Positions 9,501-17,796 of a stretch of 64,000 nucleotides of DNA are shown piece after piece (within the stretch, counting starts at the first letter, position 1; every line of letters starts with the position of its first letter). The position numbers and the translations under genes were made by a program. The DNA is from Candidatus Binatia bacterium (GTDB lineage: Bacteria > Desulfobacterota > Binatia > HRBIN30), in the NCBI GenBank assembly GCA_026415395.1, contig JAOAHD010000003.1, positions 135,195 to 199,194 of the forward strand. Direction: 5' to 3'. The notes under the pieces were generated by a model. The model saw nothing but the letters and a program-made list of their open reading frames with translations. It was not told where the DNA came from and made no database searches.

Positions 9501-10908
9501 GCTTGCTGATTTGGATCGTGACGGGAAACTAGAAGTGGCCGCGTCTTCCATGCTTGGTCCGGCGTACATTTTTCGGGCCACCGGAGAGTCGTTCCTGGGT
9601 AACGCCGCGGGCACAATCCCGCGCACCTTGGCTGCGGATGTCTTTGGGCCAGGTTCTCCGGCAGTTGATGGTCCCAGTTACCCAGCGTTGGGAGCTGTCG
9701 TTTTGGCCGAGATGTTGGGCCCCGGGCAAGGTTTTCAGGCGTTGGCTCCCACGGCTGGCCTGGGCAAGTTATTGGACGCGAATCTTCCAGCTCGCCAGTT
9801 CCCGGCGGAGAACCATTTGGCGATGTGGGACGTTATGTCCGAGGGACGGCTCGCCGATGTGGCAAAATTCCGCGTTGGCTACCCCCATGTAGTTAACGAT
9901 CTGCAATTTTTCGTAGCGCCTGTGGCTGCGGATATCACGGGCGACGGTATTGCCGAGGCGATAGCGGGTAGTGGTGTTTTCGACCTCTACGCGGTTGACG
10001 CTTTCGGCGCGGAGGCACCAGGGTGGCCGAAGTTTACCGGAGGGTGGAGCATTGGCTCACCAGCAGTTGGCGACTTGGATGCTGATGGCCGACTCGAAGT
10101 TGCTGCGGTAACGCGTGAGGGCGGCTTCTTTATCTTCCGAACCCAAGGTCGCAGTTGCGGTCACATCCCGTGGCGCCAATATCATCACGATCCTTGGAGT
10201 ACCGGGAACTACCACACGGACGCATGGTTGCCCGCTCCCCCTTTTGGGAGCGTGAGTCTTGTTGGTGAGAACGTAGTGGTCCTGTCAGGTCCGGCTACAC
10301 CGGGTGACGATTCATGGTGTGGGGCGCCTGCACGAATTGAGCTCCGAGCGTCGTTAGAACCCGTCGTTGGGCCGGACTCGTTTGAACGCGCAACCCTTTT
10401 GCCACTGACTTCTCCGCCTCAGGCTGCAGGACGCGACAATCCGCTTAGAGTCGGGGCACGGCTTCCCGAGGGCGTTTTTGGCCGACTGTACTTTGCTGCG
10501 CGCACAGAAGACGAGGCAGGAAACCGCTCCCGGATTGTGGACTTGGGGGTCGTGGAGGTGCTCGCACCGAGCCCAACGCAACCAAAGACGGCAACACCGT
10601 CGTCCACAATGAGTCCGCTCCCGACGCCCACAGAGGCGCCCACCGCAACCTCCACTGCTACGCTGACAGCTACGTTGCCTCCTCCCACACCCACGGTGAA
10701 TAGCCGCCTTCCAACCCCGACCCGCTCCGCAGTGGGCAACGCTGCAGCTCATCGAGACGACTCGGGAGCATGCGCGGTGGTCGGTGATGCTGAGAATGAT
10801 CGTGGCAGCGTCCTAATGCTGTTCCTGGTTGGACTCGCAATCGCCTGGTGCCGCCCGCGCCAATGGTGGGGAATCGGGTGGCGGAAGCCAAACTGCACGG
10901 ACGCTTAG
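6574..10908 (+). CDS. Secreted S8 (subtilase)-family peptidase with Ca-binding insert, FG-GAP/VCBS repeats, Pro/Thr linker and MYXO-CTERM-like C-terminal anchor
   Basis: AAGGAG RBS then ATG 6574; signal peptide; IAVLDSG (Asp), YGHGTG (His), CSSEATG (Ser); repeated GDLDxDGxxE(I/V)(V/A) plus GWP motifs; PT-rich linker, SGAC, hydrophobic helix, basic residues. Confidence 0.85.
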   Translation: MTKRDWWWAVVPAVVAYSLASGSRLSAEFPYPANPRPCGASQVDEGCIEARDFAAYLFLPEATPPLVPNDFTGGSSWKLGSGQTGNPEIDSSPQELFGVTGSSVDRAWQVTTGRPDVLIAVLDSGIRWHRQLPDLVGKFYLNRGELPIPENSSNEFDPWDRNRDGVFNVRDYEASGGWPQDSRVGDANGNGLLDPEDLIFLFSDGRDDDGNGYVDDISGWDFFEDDNDPLDEVEYGHGTGEAHDSTAEANNGGSVGTCPNCMALMVRVGDSFVAEVNAFARGVLFAVDSGASVIQEALGTLNHSSFGQAAIDYAYRRGVVVIASAADEESRHHNFPAAYERTVVVNSVTRFASIAGLTMEPQSYLYLNGCTNYGPQIALAVPSTACSSEATGLASGIAGLVQSAARNEVDRGRLTRYRTDTGKFAPYALSANEVKQLLIQSADDINFDARPDLGLPQNYQVSLALPQGIQSARFPSIAGFDQYFGYGRINARRAVELVREARIPPEAELWSPKWFTIVSPDQGSLEVEGRVAANRSQGFHWELAVAPGVQPAESDFVIVATGEEERARAGILGRIDLVDLAARMPHGAEGPPVAVGGQPDPDRYTVTVRLRVRDATGNFGEDRRAWFLHRDRDAFPGTPKRLGSDGAAAPVFVDVTGDGADDLVVATSEGTVHLFTGADLQEPPGWPVHTDPMEVHLDSPAFRSGELSVPHAPILGMPAVGDLDRDGQVEIVAADLYGKVYVWQANGQRRPGFPVRTHLEFSFPLRSEREQLPDMRLVPDRIHRLDPDNRLARGFVAGPVLGNLDSSEDGSLEIIAGAMDRHVYAWFSDGRPVPGWPVLLKDPTKVLSVDPVTNRVQLAPGAGQRMGTKIIVPPSLGDLDGDGRLEVVAAVNEAYRERMSAVITNVVLNFLQVGGALEGGNTRVYAIDSAGTNRGSRPVPFGWNAEAFLPGWPVKLAMLTTELLPVVGTGSNGPAALADLDRDGKLEVAASSMLGPAYIFRATGESFLGNAAGTIPRTLAADVFGPGSPAVDGPSYPALGAVVLAEMLGPGQGFQALAPTAGLGKLLDANLPARQFPAENHLAMWDVMSEGRLADVAKFRVGYPHVVNDLQFFVAPVAADITGDGIAEAIAGSGVFDLYAVDAFGAEAPGWPKFTGGWSIGSPAVGDLDADGRLEVAAVTREGGFFIFRTQGRSCGHIPWRQYHHDPWSTGNYHTDAWLPAPPFGSVSLVGENVVVLSGPATPGDDSWCGAPARIELRASLEPVVGPDSFERATLLPLTSPPQAAGRDNPLRVGARLPEGVFGRLYFAARTEDEAGNRSRIVDLGVVEVLAPSPTQPKTATPSSTMSPLPTPTEAPTATSTATLTATLPPPTPTVNSRLPTPTRSAVGNAAAHRDDSGACAVVGDAENDRGSVLMLFLVGLAIAWCRPRQWWGIGWRKPNCTDA

Positions 10909-11825
10909 CGGATCTTTGGATGGGCAAGCGTCCCGGATACGGTCACAGGGGCGTCGGGTTTGCCCCCTGCTGGTTTGGGCAGAAGTGCGAGCACCGCTTT
11001 TACGGTATCTGAGGCGCTCGTGCCTGGTGCAACCGTGAGGCGGAGATTGAGCAAACTTTCGCCGTATGGCTCTCGTAGCGTGATTTGGCCGCTGCCTTGT
11101 ATGATTAGGTCCCCCGAGGCTGAAATATCGGTGAGTTCCACCTTGCCGGGCGAGACGCGAATCTTGGACTTGACCTGCTTGAACTCTAAGTCCGGCACGG
11201 GCCACCCGCTGATTTTCGCCTGGCTGAGCCGGAGGTTGTCCACGACCAGCTCGCCGTTTGCCTGACCTTGTTGAAACGCGGTGCCACGGAGTTCAAAGGC
11301 GATATTCCCAGCGACCGCCCCAGTGATTTGGCCCTCTTCAAGCTGGCTCTGTAAGGCGCGATAGCGACCCAGTTGAACCCGCTGCCATGTGAGCACACCA
11401 TTAAGCCCGGCCTCACGATACTGCAGTGCACCGTCAAGCAACCCTCCGTACAGTTCGGCTCCGATCTTTGCCGCGTAGACGTTACCCCGGGCCCACTCTG
11501 ACCAAAGTGGCCTCGCCCACACGCTGGAGAGTTCGAGCAGTGGTGGTCGCCCATCTTCTGCCCCACCAATACGTAACCCAGTGAGCTGGTAGCCTTTCCA
11601 CACCGATAACCCTGCGCCTTGAACTCTCAGGGGCAGGGGGCCGCGGTCTAAACTGTGGAGGGCCCTTCGAATGAGGAGATCATGGGGAAACGTAAACGCC
11701 AAGGCGATCAAAAAGACCACGAAGGTGTATCCAGCATACAGCCAAAACAGCTTCCGGGTAAGGAATTCTGGAATGCCTAGTTGAGGGAGGGGGATGGGCC
11801 AGAATCGCATGGGCGACACTCTCAT
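10905..11825 (-). CDS. gspN: Type II secretion system protein N
   Basis: Last gene of the gsp operon; N-terminal TM then TFP motif, beta-rich body ending in SGTLAHPK; start approximate. Confidence 0.8.
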   Translation of the reverse strand: MRVSPMRFWPIPLPQLGIPEFLTRKLFWLYAGYTFVVFLIALAFTFPHDLLIRRALHSLDRGPLPLRVQGAGLSVWKGYQLTGLRIGGAEDGRPPLLELSSVWARPLWSEWARGNVYAAKIGAELYGGLLDGALQYREAGLNGVLTWQRVQLGRYRALQSQLEEGQITGAVAGNIAFELRGTAFQQGQANGELVVDNLRLSQAKISGWPVPDLEFKQVKSKIRVSPGKVELTDISASGDLIIQGSGQITLREPYGESLLNLRLTVAPGTSASDTVKAVLALLPKPAGGKPDAPVTVSGTLAHPKIR

Positions 11826-11839
11826 CGGTACCGTGTGCC

Positions 11840-12442
11840 TCAACTCGCCGGTATGGGACGCTCGCTCGCCTTCTCTGCGGGTTTCTCGGCAGGCTTGAGC
11901 ACAGCGACAATAGCTTGAACGTCGAAGCTGTAGGGGTCGTTCATCCTCTTTTTGATAGCCACGCGGGAGAAGTGCAGCGGGTGTTCACCTTTTTCGACCC
12001 GATGCAGAAGATCCACGATTTGCGGCAGTGCGACTTGGGTCAGTTTGATTTCCACCATTTCTTCCAGAAACTCTGGAGCTTCTGGCTTCGGCCGCGTTGT
12101 GGGATTTAGGGAAACAATTTTTTCCCGGCTCACCGCCGCGGTGACGACTCCTTGTAAGTAACCCAGCAAATTGAAGTTCGGGTCAACTTCGGAGATGTCC
12201 CCGTACGCTTCGAGCTGTCGAAGCAGCTCAAGGTAGTATTCCCGCTCTCGTTGGAGCTCGGCGAGCTCCTTTTCTTTTAACGATAACCGGCGGGATAGTT
12301 GTTCCATACTTACCTGCAGGGGATCCCACACAAACGTGTACCCGAGGATCAACACTGTGGCGACCGCAGCGAAGACGAGAAGAACCCGCTCACGAGGTGC
12401 AAGTCGGTCATAATATCTCGAGAGTGAGCCAAAATCGAACAC
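11840..12442 (-). CDS. gspM: Type II secretion system protein M
   Basis: LAPRERVLL plus TM helix, coiled coil, ferredoxin-like C-terminus; follows gspL. Confidence 0.85.
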   Translation of the reverse strand: MFDFGSLSRYYDRLAPRERVLLVFAAVATVLILGYTFVWDPLQVSMEQLSRRLSLKEKELAELQREREYYLELLRQLEAYGDISEVDPNFNLLGYLQGVVTAAVSREKIVSLNPTTRPKPEAPEFLEEMVEIKLTQVALPQIVDLLHRVEKGEHPLHFSRVAIKKRMNDPYSFDVQAIVAVLKPAEKPAEKASERPIPAS

Positions 12443-13959
12443 TAAATCCTCCCCGGAGAGCGGCTGGAAGCCGGTGACCCAGCCTTGTTCAGGGTGAGAA
12501 TCATGCGAAAGTCGACACGACCGTCCGGTGCGGTCTTAATATCCTTCACCTGCACGTCGGCAAAATATTTGCCGTTGGCGATGGCTTCACGGATCGCGTT
12601 CGGGGTGTCTAACGAGTCGGTGTGTGCGCGGATCTTAATTTCCTCTGTGTCCATCACATACTCATCGACCTCCAGCTTCAGGTGTTCTGGAACTGCCGTA
12701 CTAATCGCGTGAAGGGCGTCAATTGCAGTTGCACCACTCGGCGGCGCAACGCTCCCGAGTAGTTTGAGTCGTCTTTCCGCGGCTACGATTTCTTCTTTGA
12801 TTTGCCGGCCCTCATCGACGATGCGTTGCACGTCCGGCAGAGTTTGGCGGAACACGTAACGAATCTGGCTGTTGATTGCTGCAAGTTGGGCTTCCAGGAA
12901 ACGATAGTTTAAATACGTTTGGAGCACGAACAGACCGACGGCAAGCGCTCCAAGGCTCGCGGTTCCCCAGAGGGCACGCCGTAACTCTTCTTGGCCGCGA
13001 TGGTATGCAAACTCGCCCCTACGAAAATTTAGGCCATAACAACGGTCTGGTTGGATCTCCCTGAGGGCTAATCCGATCGGAGCAGCAAACCCGGCGATTT
13101 GGTCGCGTAAGGTACTTGGCAGACCCTTCAGGGGAGATTCTTGGATGCGGTTTACGACCAGGCCGAGTTGGTCTTGCAGTTCGCGGGAGAGCAAATCGAA
13201 GTAGATACCTTCCCCAACCAGCACGCAGGTCGTTCCCTCGTCGAGCGGTCCTCCATTGAGAGCGAACAGCGTCCAACGCAGCTCTGCGACGATGTCGTTG
13301 ATCGTGTTTTGCAGAACATCAAGGTGTCCATTGTCGCTGCTGGGGTGCTGCTCCCTTGTAACTTCAGGGGGGGTTATGGTCCGAAGTCCAACCAGTGTGC
13401 CGCCGCGATGAATGGCCACGGCCAGCCGGTCAATCTCCCCTCCAACGAACACAGCATGAGATGGCAAGGGCGCATCCAAAAGTTGCAGCACGTTGAGACT
13501 CGCGAGAGGTGCGAAGTCGACAATTTTCGGGTCAAGACCGGCAGCTTGTAAGGCCTGAAGGTGACCTTCGAGCTCCCCTCGGGGAACCAATGCCGCTAGG
13601 ACGTTACTGCCGTTCTTTTCCTTTGCCAGTACTTGGTACGCTATCACAACCTCGTCGAGATCGAACGGCACTTGAGTTTCCAGTTCGTAGGGAACCGTTT
13701 GTTCTAATCGCTTCCGATCCTTGAATGGGAGAAAAAATGTCCGGAGGGTGACAACTTCTCCAGGCAGCGAAGAGACCACCGTATGAGGAGAGAAACTTAT
13801 CTCAGCGAGGAAATTTCGCAGCTTGCCTTCGAGAGTGTCGGTCGAAGACAGAGGTAACTTGTGTAGTCCGACGATGCGGTAGTCGCGGAAGGAAGCCTCG
13901 ATCAGGGCTGCGCGAACCTCGTGGCTTTGAACTTCGAGAGCTAATACTCGCTGGGGCAT
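12442..13959 (-). CDS. gspL: Type II secretion system protein L
   Basis: PilM-like cytoplasmic domain (RTFFLPF...VPYELETQVPF), LNFRRGEF motif, TM helix, PilN-like periplasmic domain. Confidence 0.88.
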   Translation of the reverse strand: MPQRVLALEVQSHEVRAALIEASFRDYRIVGLHKLPLSSTDTLEGKLRNFLAEISFSPHTVVSSLPGEVVTLRTFFLPFKDRKRLEQTVPYELETQVPFDLDEVVIAYQVLAKEKNGSNVLAALVPRGELEGHLQALQAAGLDPKIVDFAPLASLNVLQLLDAPLPSHAVFVGGEIDRLAVAIHRGGTLVGLRTITPPEVTREQHPSSDNGHLDVLQNTINDIVAELRWTLFALNGGPLDEGTTCVLVGEGIYFDLLSRELQDQLGLVVNRIQESPLKGLPSTLRDQIAGFAAPIGLALREIQPDRCYGLNFRRGEFAYHRGQEELRRALWGTASLGALAVGLFVLQTYLNYRFLEAQLAAINSQIRYVFRQTLPDVQRIVDEGRQIKEEIVAAERRLKLLGSVAPPSGATAIDALHAISTAVPEHLKLEVDEYVMDTEEIKIRAHTDSLDTPNAIREAIANGKYFADVQVKDIKTAPDGRVDFRMILTLNKAGSPASSRSPGRI

Positions 13960-13983
13960 GGTCCTCTTGGCGCGTGTGCTCGG

Positions 13984-15168
13984 CTAAAATTCAACGAAGT
14001 CCGCGTTTTCTGCTTCGGGACGAAAAAGAACGGCGCCACCCTCCTTTTGCCAATATAGTCGTGTGAGCTTCCAACGCGTCACTGTACCACCGGTTGCGCC
14101 CGGCTGCACCTGTTTGGGATCCCGTCGAACGAGCATTACAGCGGACCGACTGATTCCTCCCATGCCAGTCATCGGATTCAAATTAACGATGGCTGTAGCT
14201 CGGATAGAGTAGACATTGCTTCGCGCGCCCAACATTGTACGAGCATTTCGGTATATGGGGTCCTGATTCGTTGAGGCCGAATTCACCAACGTAAGGACAC
14301 TGCTTGCTTGTAATACTTGGCTTTGCCGCTGCTGGATGATTTCGTCCACAACCTGCGCGTCCCCAATAATCGCATTGAGGACCTCGCGCGGGGCGGTATT
14401 CGCGTTTACCTGGCTCGGAAACGGCCACCCGTACGCTGTGACGTATGGCCGGAGGCGGCGCAATTCTTCTTGTGTGACGAATCCGGGAACGGCGGTAACC
14501 TCGTCTAGCGAGCCGAAGTACAATGTCGTTAATGGCGGAGGAGTGGCTGCCGCACCGGGGGTAAGTCCAGCGGGCGCGCCAGGAGTGGGTGTCGTGCCGG
14601 GCATGTTCGGACTTCCAATTGGTCCGAAGTACAGCTCGAACAGTTGGTTCCAATAATCGTCGAGAGCGGTGATTGCTTCCGGCCGGGAGTTCATCAAACG
14701 CCCGAGAGTAAATAGCCACGCCTGATACCTTTGGGGGGCCTGCTCTGGGTTGGGATTCAGGCGTCCCGCCCGCCACTCGGCTTGGGTCTGAGGTCTCGTC
14801 AAGTTGATGTTGACCTTTCCACTCTCATCCCAGATTTCTACGCGCAGGCGTGAGTTGGGTGGGAGAGCGATCAAACCTCCGCCGTCGTCAATCTGGCAAG
14901 CTTTGCCCTCCCGCGCCTGCAGTGGGCACCATTCTTCGAGGAACGAATCGGTGAGTGGGTCCTGATCTTGAACGAGCAAGGCTTCGCCCAACGTGATACC
15001 TGAACGCGCCAGCAGTGCCGCTTGCAGGCTGTGGACGGAGTTTCGAGCCATCCGCGCGTCGATTTCTGCCGAAAAGAAGAACTCGGTTACGGTGATCGTC
15101 AGGAGAGCGACCACCGCGAGCGCCATAACCAGCGCCACGCCGCGTTCCCGCTTTCTGAAATTAGCCAA
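13984..15168 (-). CDS. gspK: Type II secretion minor pseudopilin K
   Basis: RERG|VALVMALAVV prepilin site, DESGKVNIN and VNANTAPREVL motifs; TTG start with GGAGG RBS. Confidence 0.88.
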   Translation of the reverse strand: MANFRKRERGVALVMALAVVALLTITVTEFFFSAEIDARMARNSVHSLQAALLARSGITLGEALLVQDQDPLTDSFLEEWCPLQAREGKACQIDDGGGLIALPPNSRLRVEIWDESGKVNINLTRPQTQAEWRAGRLNPNPEQAPQRYQAWLFTLGRLMNSRPEAITALDDYWNQLFELYFGPIGSPNMPGTTPTPGAPAGLTPGAAATPPPLTTLYFGSLDEVTAVPGFVTQEELRRLRPYVTAYGWPFPSQVNANTAPREVLNAIIGDAQVVDEIIQQRQSQVLQASSVLTLVNSASTNQDPIYRNARTMLGARSNVYSIRATAIVNLNPMTGMGGISRSAVMLVRRDPKQVQPGATGGTVTRWKLTRLYWQKEGGAVLFRPEAENADFVEF

Positions 15169-15913
15169 GTACAGCACCTCCTGGGCCCGGAGTTGGTGGG
15201 GGAACGTATAGAAGCAGGTCGACGCGGGTGCTGAACTCGACGTAGCCGCCACTGTTGTCGAACAGAAAGAGCTGGATTTCCACCACTGGTGGAAGGCCAA
15301 CGGGTGTTTGGCCCGGTTGCACGGGAACGGTTGTATCCCATGAATTCAGCCAAGAACCGGTGGCGGGATCCAGATACCGGAGGCGGAGCCCGGCAACGCG
15401 GTCCACTAAGTAGACGTCGCTGGTCAAAGCACTCGTGGCACTTTCGTTGACAGCGGAACTTTCGGACGTGGCTTGTGCGAGTGGGTCGAGCAGGATCTCC
15501 TCGTGACGTAGCAACGCAAAGGCCCGCGGGACGTCCGGCATCGGTTCGAGCAAGTAAGATACGAAGGTTCTCCCCCCACGCCGCCCACCGACACTGCGAT
15601 CGCGTTTGGTATCGATCACGAAACCAACCTGATCGGTGGGTACTGCGTCGTTTCCCGGTACTCCGATAAACCAGACGGCTCCCCGACTGGCGACGCCGGG
15701 AGCCAAGGCACGCTCGAGGTCGTCTGCCATCCGCATGACCGCATCTCTCCCCGCGGCGAAAAGTTCCGCACGTTCCTCCGCGCGCGCCTTGCCATCCAGT
15801 GTCCGCCACAGGACGCCGTAAACGGTGGTCGCCATGACCGCGAAAATGGTGATCGCGAGTAGCAATTCGAGCAGGGTGAAGCCTGCGGATGGCTTCTTAT
15901 TGTGCGGCATCAT
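15161..15913 (-). CDS. gspJ: Type II secretion minor pseudopilin J
   Basis: G|FTLLELLLAITIF cleavage/methylation motif, C-terminal W..SWD and LP..VEI motifs; start approximate. Confidence 0.88.
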   Translation of the reverse strand: MMPHNKKPSAGFTLLELLLAITIFAVMATTVYGVLWRTLDGKARAEERAELFAAGRDAVMRMADDLERALAPGVASRGAVWFIGVPGNDAVPTDQVGFVIDTKRDRSVGGRRGGRTFVSYLLEPMPDVPRAFALLRHEEILLDPLAQATSESSAVNESATSALTSDVYLVDRVAGLRLRYLDPATGSWLNSWDTTVPVQPGQTPVGLPPVVEIQLFLFDNSGGYVEFSTRVDLLLYVPPPTPGPGGAVLG

Positions 15914-16295
15914 GAACGAAGAATGTGACCTCGCAGGCATTAGGATTTCGAGGATCCCAGAATACCCGCAAAACGACTTGTCGCATGCCATCGAGCCCAG
16001 TTGGAAAGACCTCTTGATCGTAGAAGAAGCCGGGGTATCCATCGATCGGGCCGGCTTCGTTGCGGACGCTATCCAGCCCTTGCTGAAGCGCTTGGTAGTG
16101 CACTAGGCTGGCTCGCTCACGGGCGAGCAGAACGGCGCGGGCCAGATTTTGATCGTAAATAATCGTTGCAATGTTCCTTGCGTGCCAACCCAACAAAGTC
16201 ACGAAGGCAATGGCGATCACCGCCAACGCGATGAGCACCTCGAGCAGTGTGAACCCACAGGTGGCCTTCCTTTCGGGCTGGAGTTTATCTGGCAT
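15897..16295 (-). CDS. gspI: Type II secretion minor pseudopilin I
   Basis: G|FTLLEVLIALAVIAI, ~130 aa, position between H and J. Confidence 0.88.
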   Translation of the reverse strand: MPDKLQPERKATCGFTLLEVLIALAVIAIAFVTLLGWHARNIATIIYDQNLARAVLLARERASLVHYQALQQGLDSVRNEAGPIDGYPGFFYDQEVFPTGLDGMRQVVLRVFWDPRNPNACEVTFFVHDAAQ

Positions 16296-16881
16296 AGCTG
16301 GGTTCCCAATAACCCAACTGGCCTCGTAACCTCTGAGCACGGGGATCGAACCACAACGTGTAAGCCTCGTGCGAGGTCGCAAGGTGAATCACCGTGGGCT
16401 CAGTGGTCCCGTCCGGATAAAAAAGGGTGAAGATGCTCCCTTGGGCAACTTTCACTCCTTCTAAGGGCAAGGCGACGTCGGAAATGAACACGTTGTCTCC
16501 CAGAGATACGCCCCGGGCGAGAGAGCCGACCTCAGAGACGAACTGAGCTAAATCCATACTTCCACTTTCATCCAGCGCGGCCCAGTACCGTTGCTGGTCG
16601 AGGTCGAAGTGCAGCCGGTAGGTCACACCGCTGAGCACGGCTTGGTTGCGCAAAAACCGGAACGTGAGCTGCAGCCGCTGTGCATGCGCAAGTAATTCGG
16701 CGCGCTCCCGGTTGCGAAAACGCGGAACGACCGCCACGAGCACCACGGATAGCAAAAGCAGGACGAGCGATAGCTCGATCAAGGTGAATCCGTGGTTGCC
16801 ACCGAACCATCCCCGCCTCGCTCGAGCGAGAGAGGGCCGAGCCGTCCCTATTTCCTGAGTGTGCGCGTCCAACCAGAGCAT
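16285..16881 (-). CDS. gspH: Type II secretion minor pseudopilin H
   Basis: G|FTLIELSLVLLLL...VVPRF and FYPDG motifs. Confidence 0.87.
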   Translation of the reverse strand: MLWLDAHTQEIGTARPSLARARRGWFGGNHGFTLIELSLVLLLLSVVLVAVVPRFRNRERAELLAHAQRLQLTFRFLRNQAVLSGVTYRLHFDLDQQRYWAALDESGSMDLAQFVSEVGSLARGVSLGDNVFISDVALPLEGVKVAQGSIFTLFYPDGTTEPTVIHLATSHEAYTLWFDPRAQRLRGQLGYWEPSYAR

Positions 16882-16883
16882 GG

Positions 16884-17255
16884 TTAAGCCCTCGCCTCGT
16901 GGGAGGCGATGGCGGACATCGCTGCGCCAGCTGGGGAATCATCCCTGCTTCCAAAGACTGCAATCACCGCAGAGGAAAAAAGTGACCAACGGAGCGCATC
17001 GGTAATCCAGGTGCTTTTCCAAGACGCGGTCAGGTCGCTTGTGGAGCCCCGTCGGCGTTCCCGACCGTGCCACAGAGAATCATGCAGATCAGCGCAAGGA
17101 CGAATGTTGAAGTAGACGCTTACTGGGGCCAGGGAGTGCTGCTCCGCACTGCACTCCAACAGACCGGATGAGCCATGCTTCGAGCCCAGCTTACTTTCTT
17201 GTGTGCTCGTGTTTGAGTCCCTGTCTTCCGACCAGTGAGGCGGACTGTCGTACAA
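16884..17255 (-). CDS. Possible hypothetical protein between gspG and gspH
   Basis: 123-codon TTG ORF with GGAGGTGATCC just upstream, ending 2 nt before the gspH ATG; no recognisable motif. Confidence 0.3.
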   Translation of the reverse strand: MYDSPPHWSEDRDSNTSTQESKLGSKHGSSGLLECSAEQHSLAPVSVYFNIRPCADLHDSLWHGRERRRGSTSDLTASWKSTWITDALRWSLFSSAVIAVFGSRDDSPAGAAMSAIASHEARA

Positions 17256-17294
17256 CAGCGGATCACCTCCCTGACCCAGCTGGTCGATCCGAGG

Positions 17295-17708
17295 TCAGCC
17301 GCGGTTGTCGATATCAGCGTTTTTCCCCTCCCCTCCTTCTTGTCCGTCTGCCCCGTACGACTTGATCACAACTGTGTTGCCATCCGAGAAGTACACGTAG
17401 GGGTTGCCCCATGGGTCAACCGGAATCTGCGCCAGATACCCGTCAGGATTCCAATTCCGTGCATTGGCAGGCCGCTGGACAAGTGCTTGAAGGCCATCCT
17501 GGGTGCTTGGGTAAAAACCGTTGTCTAGCTTGAACAGATTCAACGCTTGCTCAATCGCCTTGATATCGGCAGCTGCTTTGGTGCGTCGGGCCTCGTCGGT
17601 CCGACCGATAATTTTCGGCGCGACCAACGTAACGAGCAAACCGAGGATGAACACGACGACCATGATTTCGATCAGCGTGAATCCTGCGGCGTTTCTCAAC
17701 GAGCGCAT
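17295..17708 (-). CDS. gspG: Type II secretion major pseudopilin G
   Basis: G|FTLIEIMVVVFILGLL, LDNGFYPSTQDGLQAL, DPWGNPYVY, SYGADGQEGGEGKNADI; GGAGG RBS. Confidence 0.97.
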   Translation of the reverse strand: MRSLRNAAGFTLIEIMVVVFILGLLVTLVAPKIIGRTDEARRTKAAADIKAIEQALNLFKLDNGFYPSTQDGLQALVQRPANARNWNPDGYLAQIPVDPWGNPYVYFSDGNTVVIKSYGADGQEGGEGKNADIDNRG

Positions 17709-17796
17709 CGTAAAACCTCCTTCGCGATGGACTCCATGCTTGTTCGCGTTCCAGTTTAGCGAGGGTAACACCAGAAAGTGCGTGCTCAAAGGACGC

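Noticed and set aside
17255..17275. GCGGATCACCTCC on the + strand resembles the 16S rRNA 3' end
   Set aside because: Only ~11 nt match and there is no other rRNA sequence; better explained as a minus-strand Shine-Dalgarno
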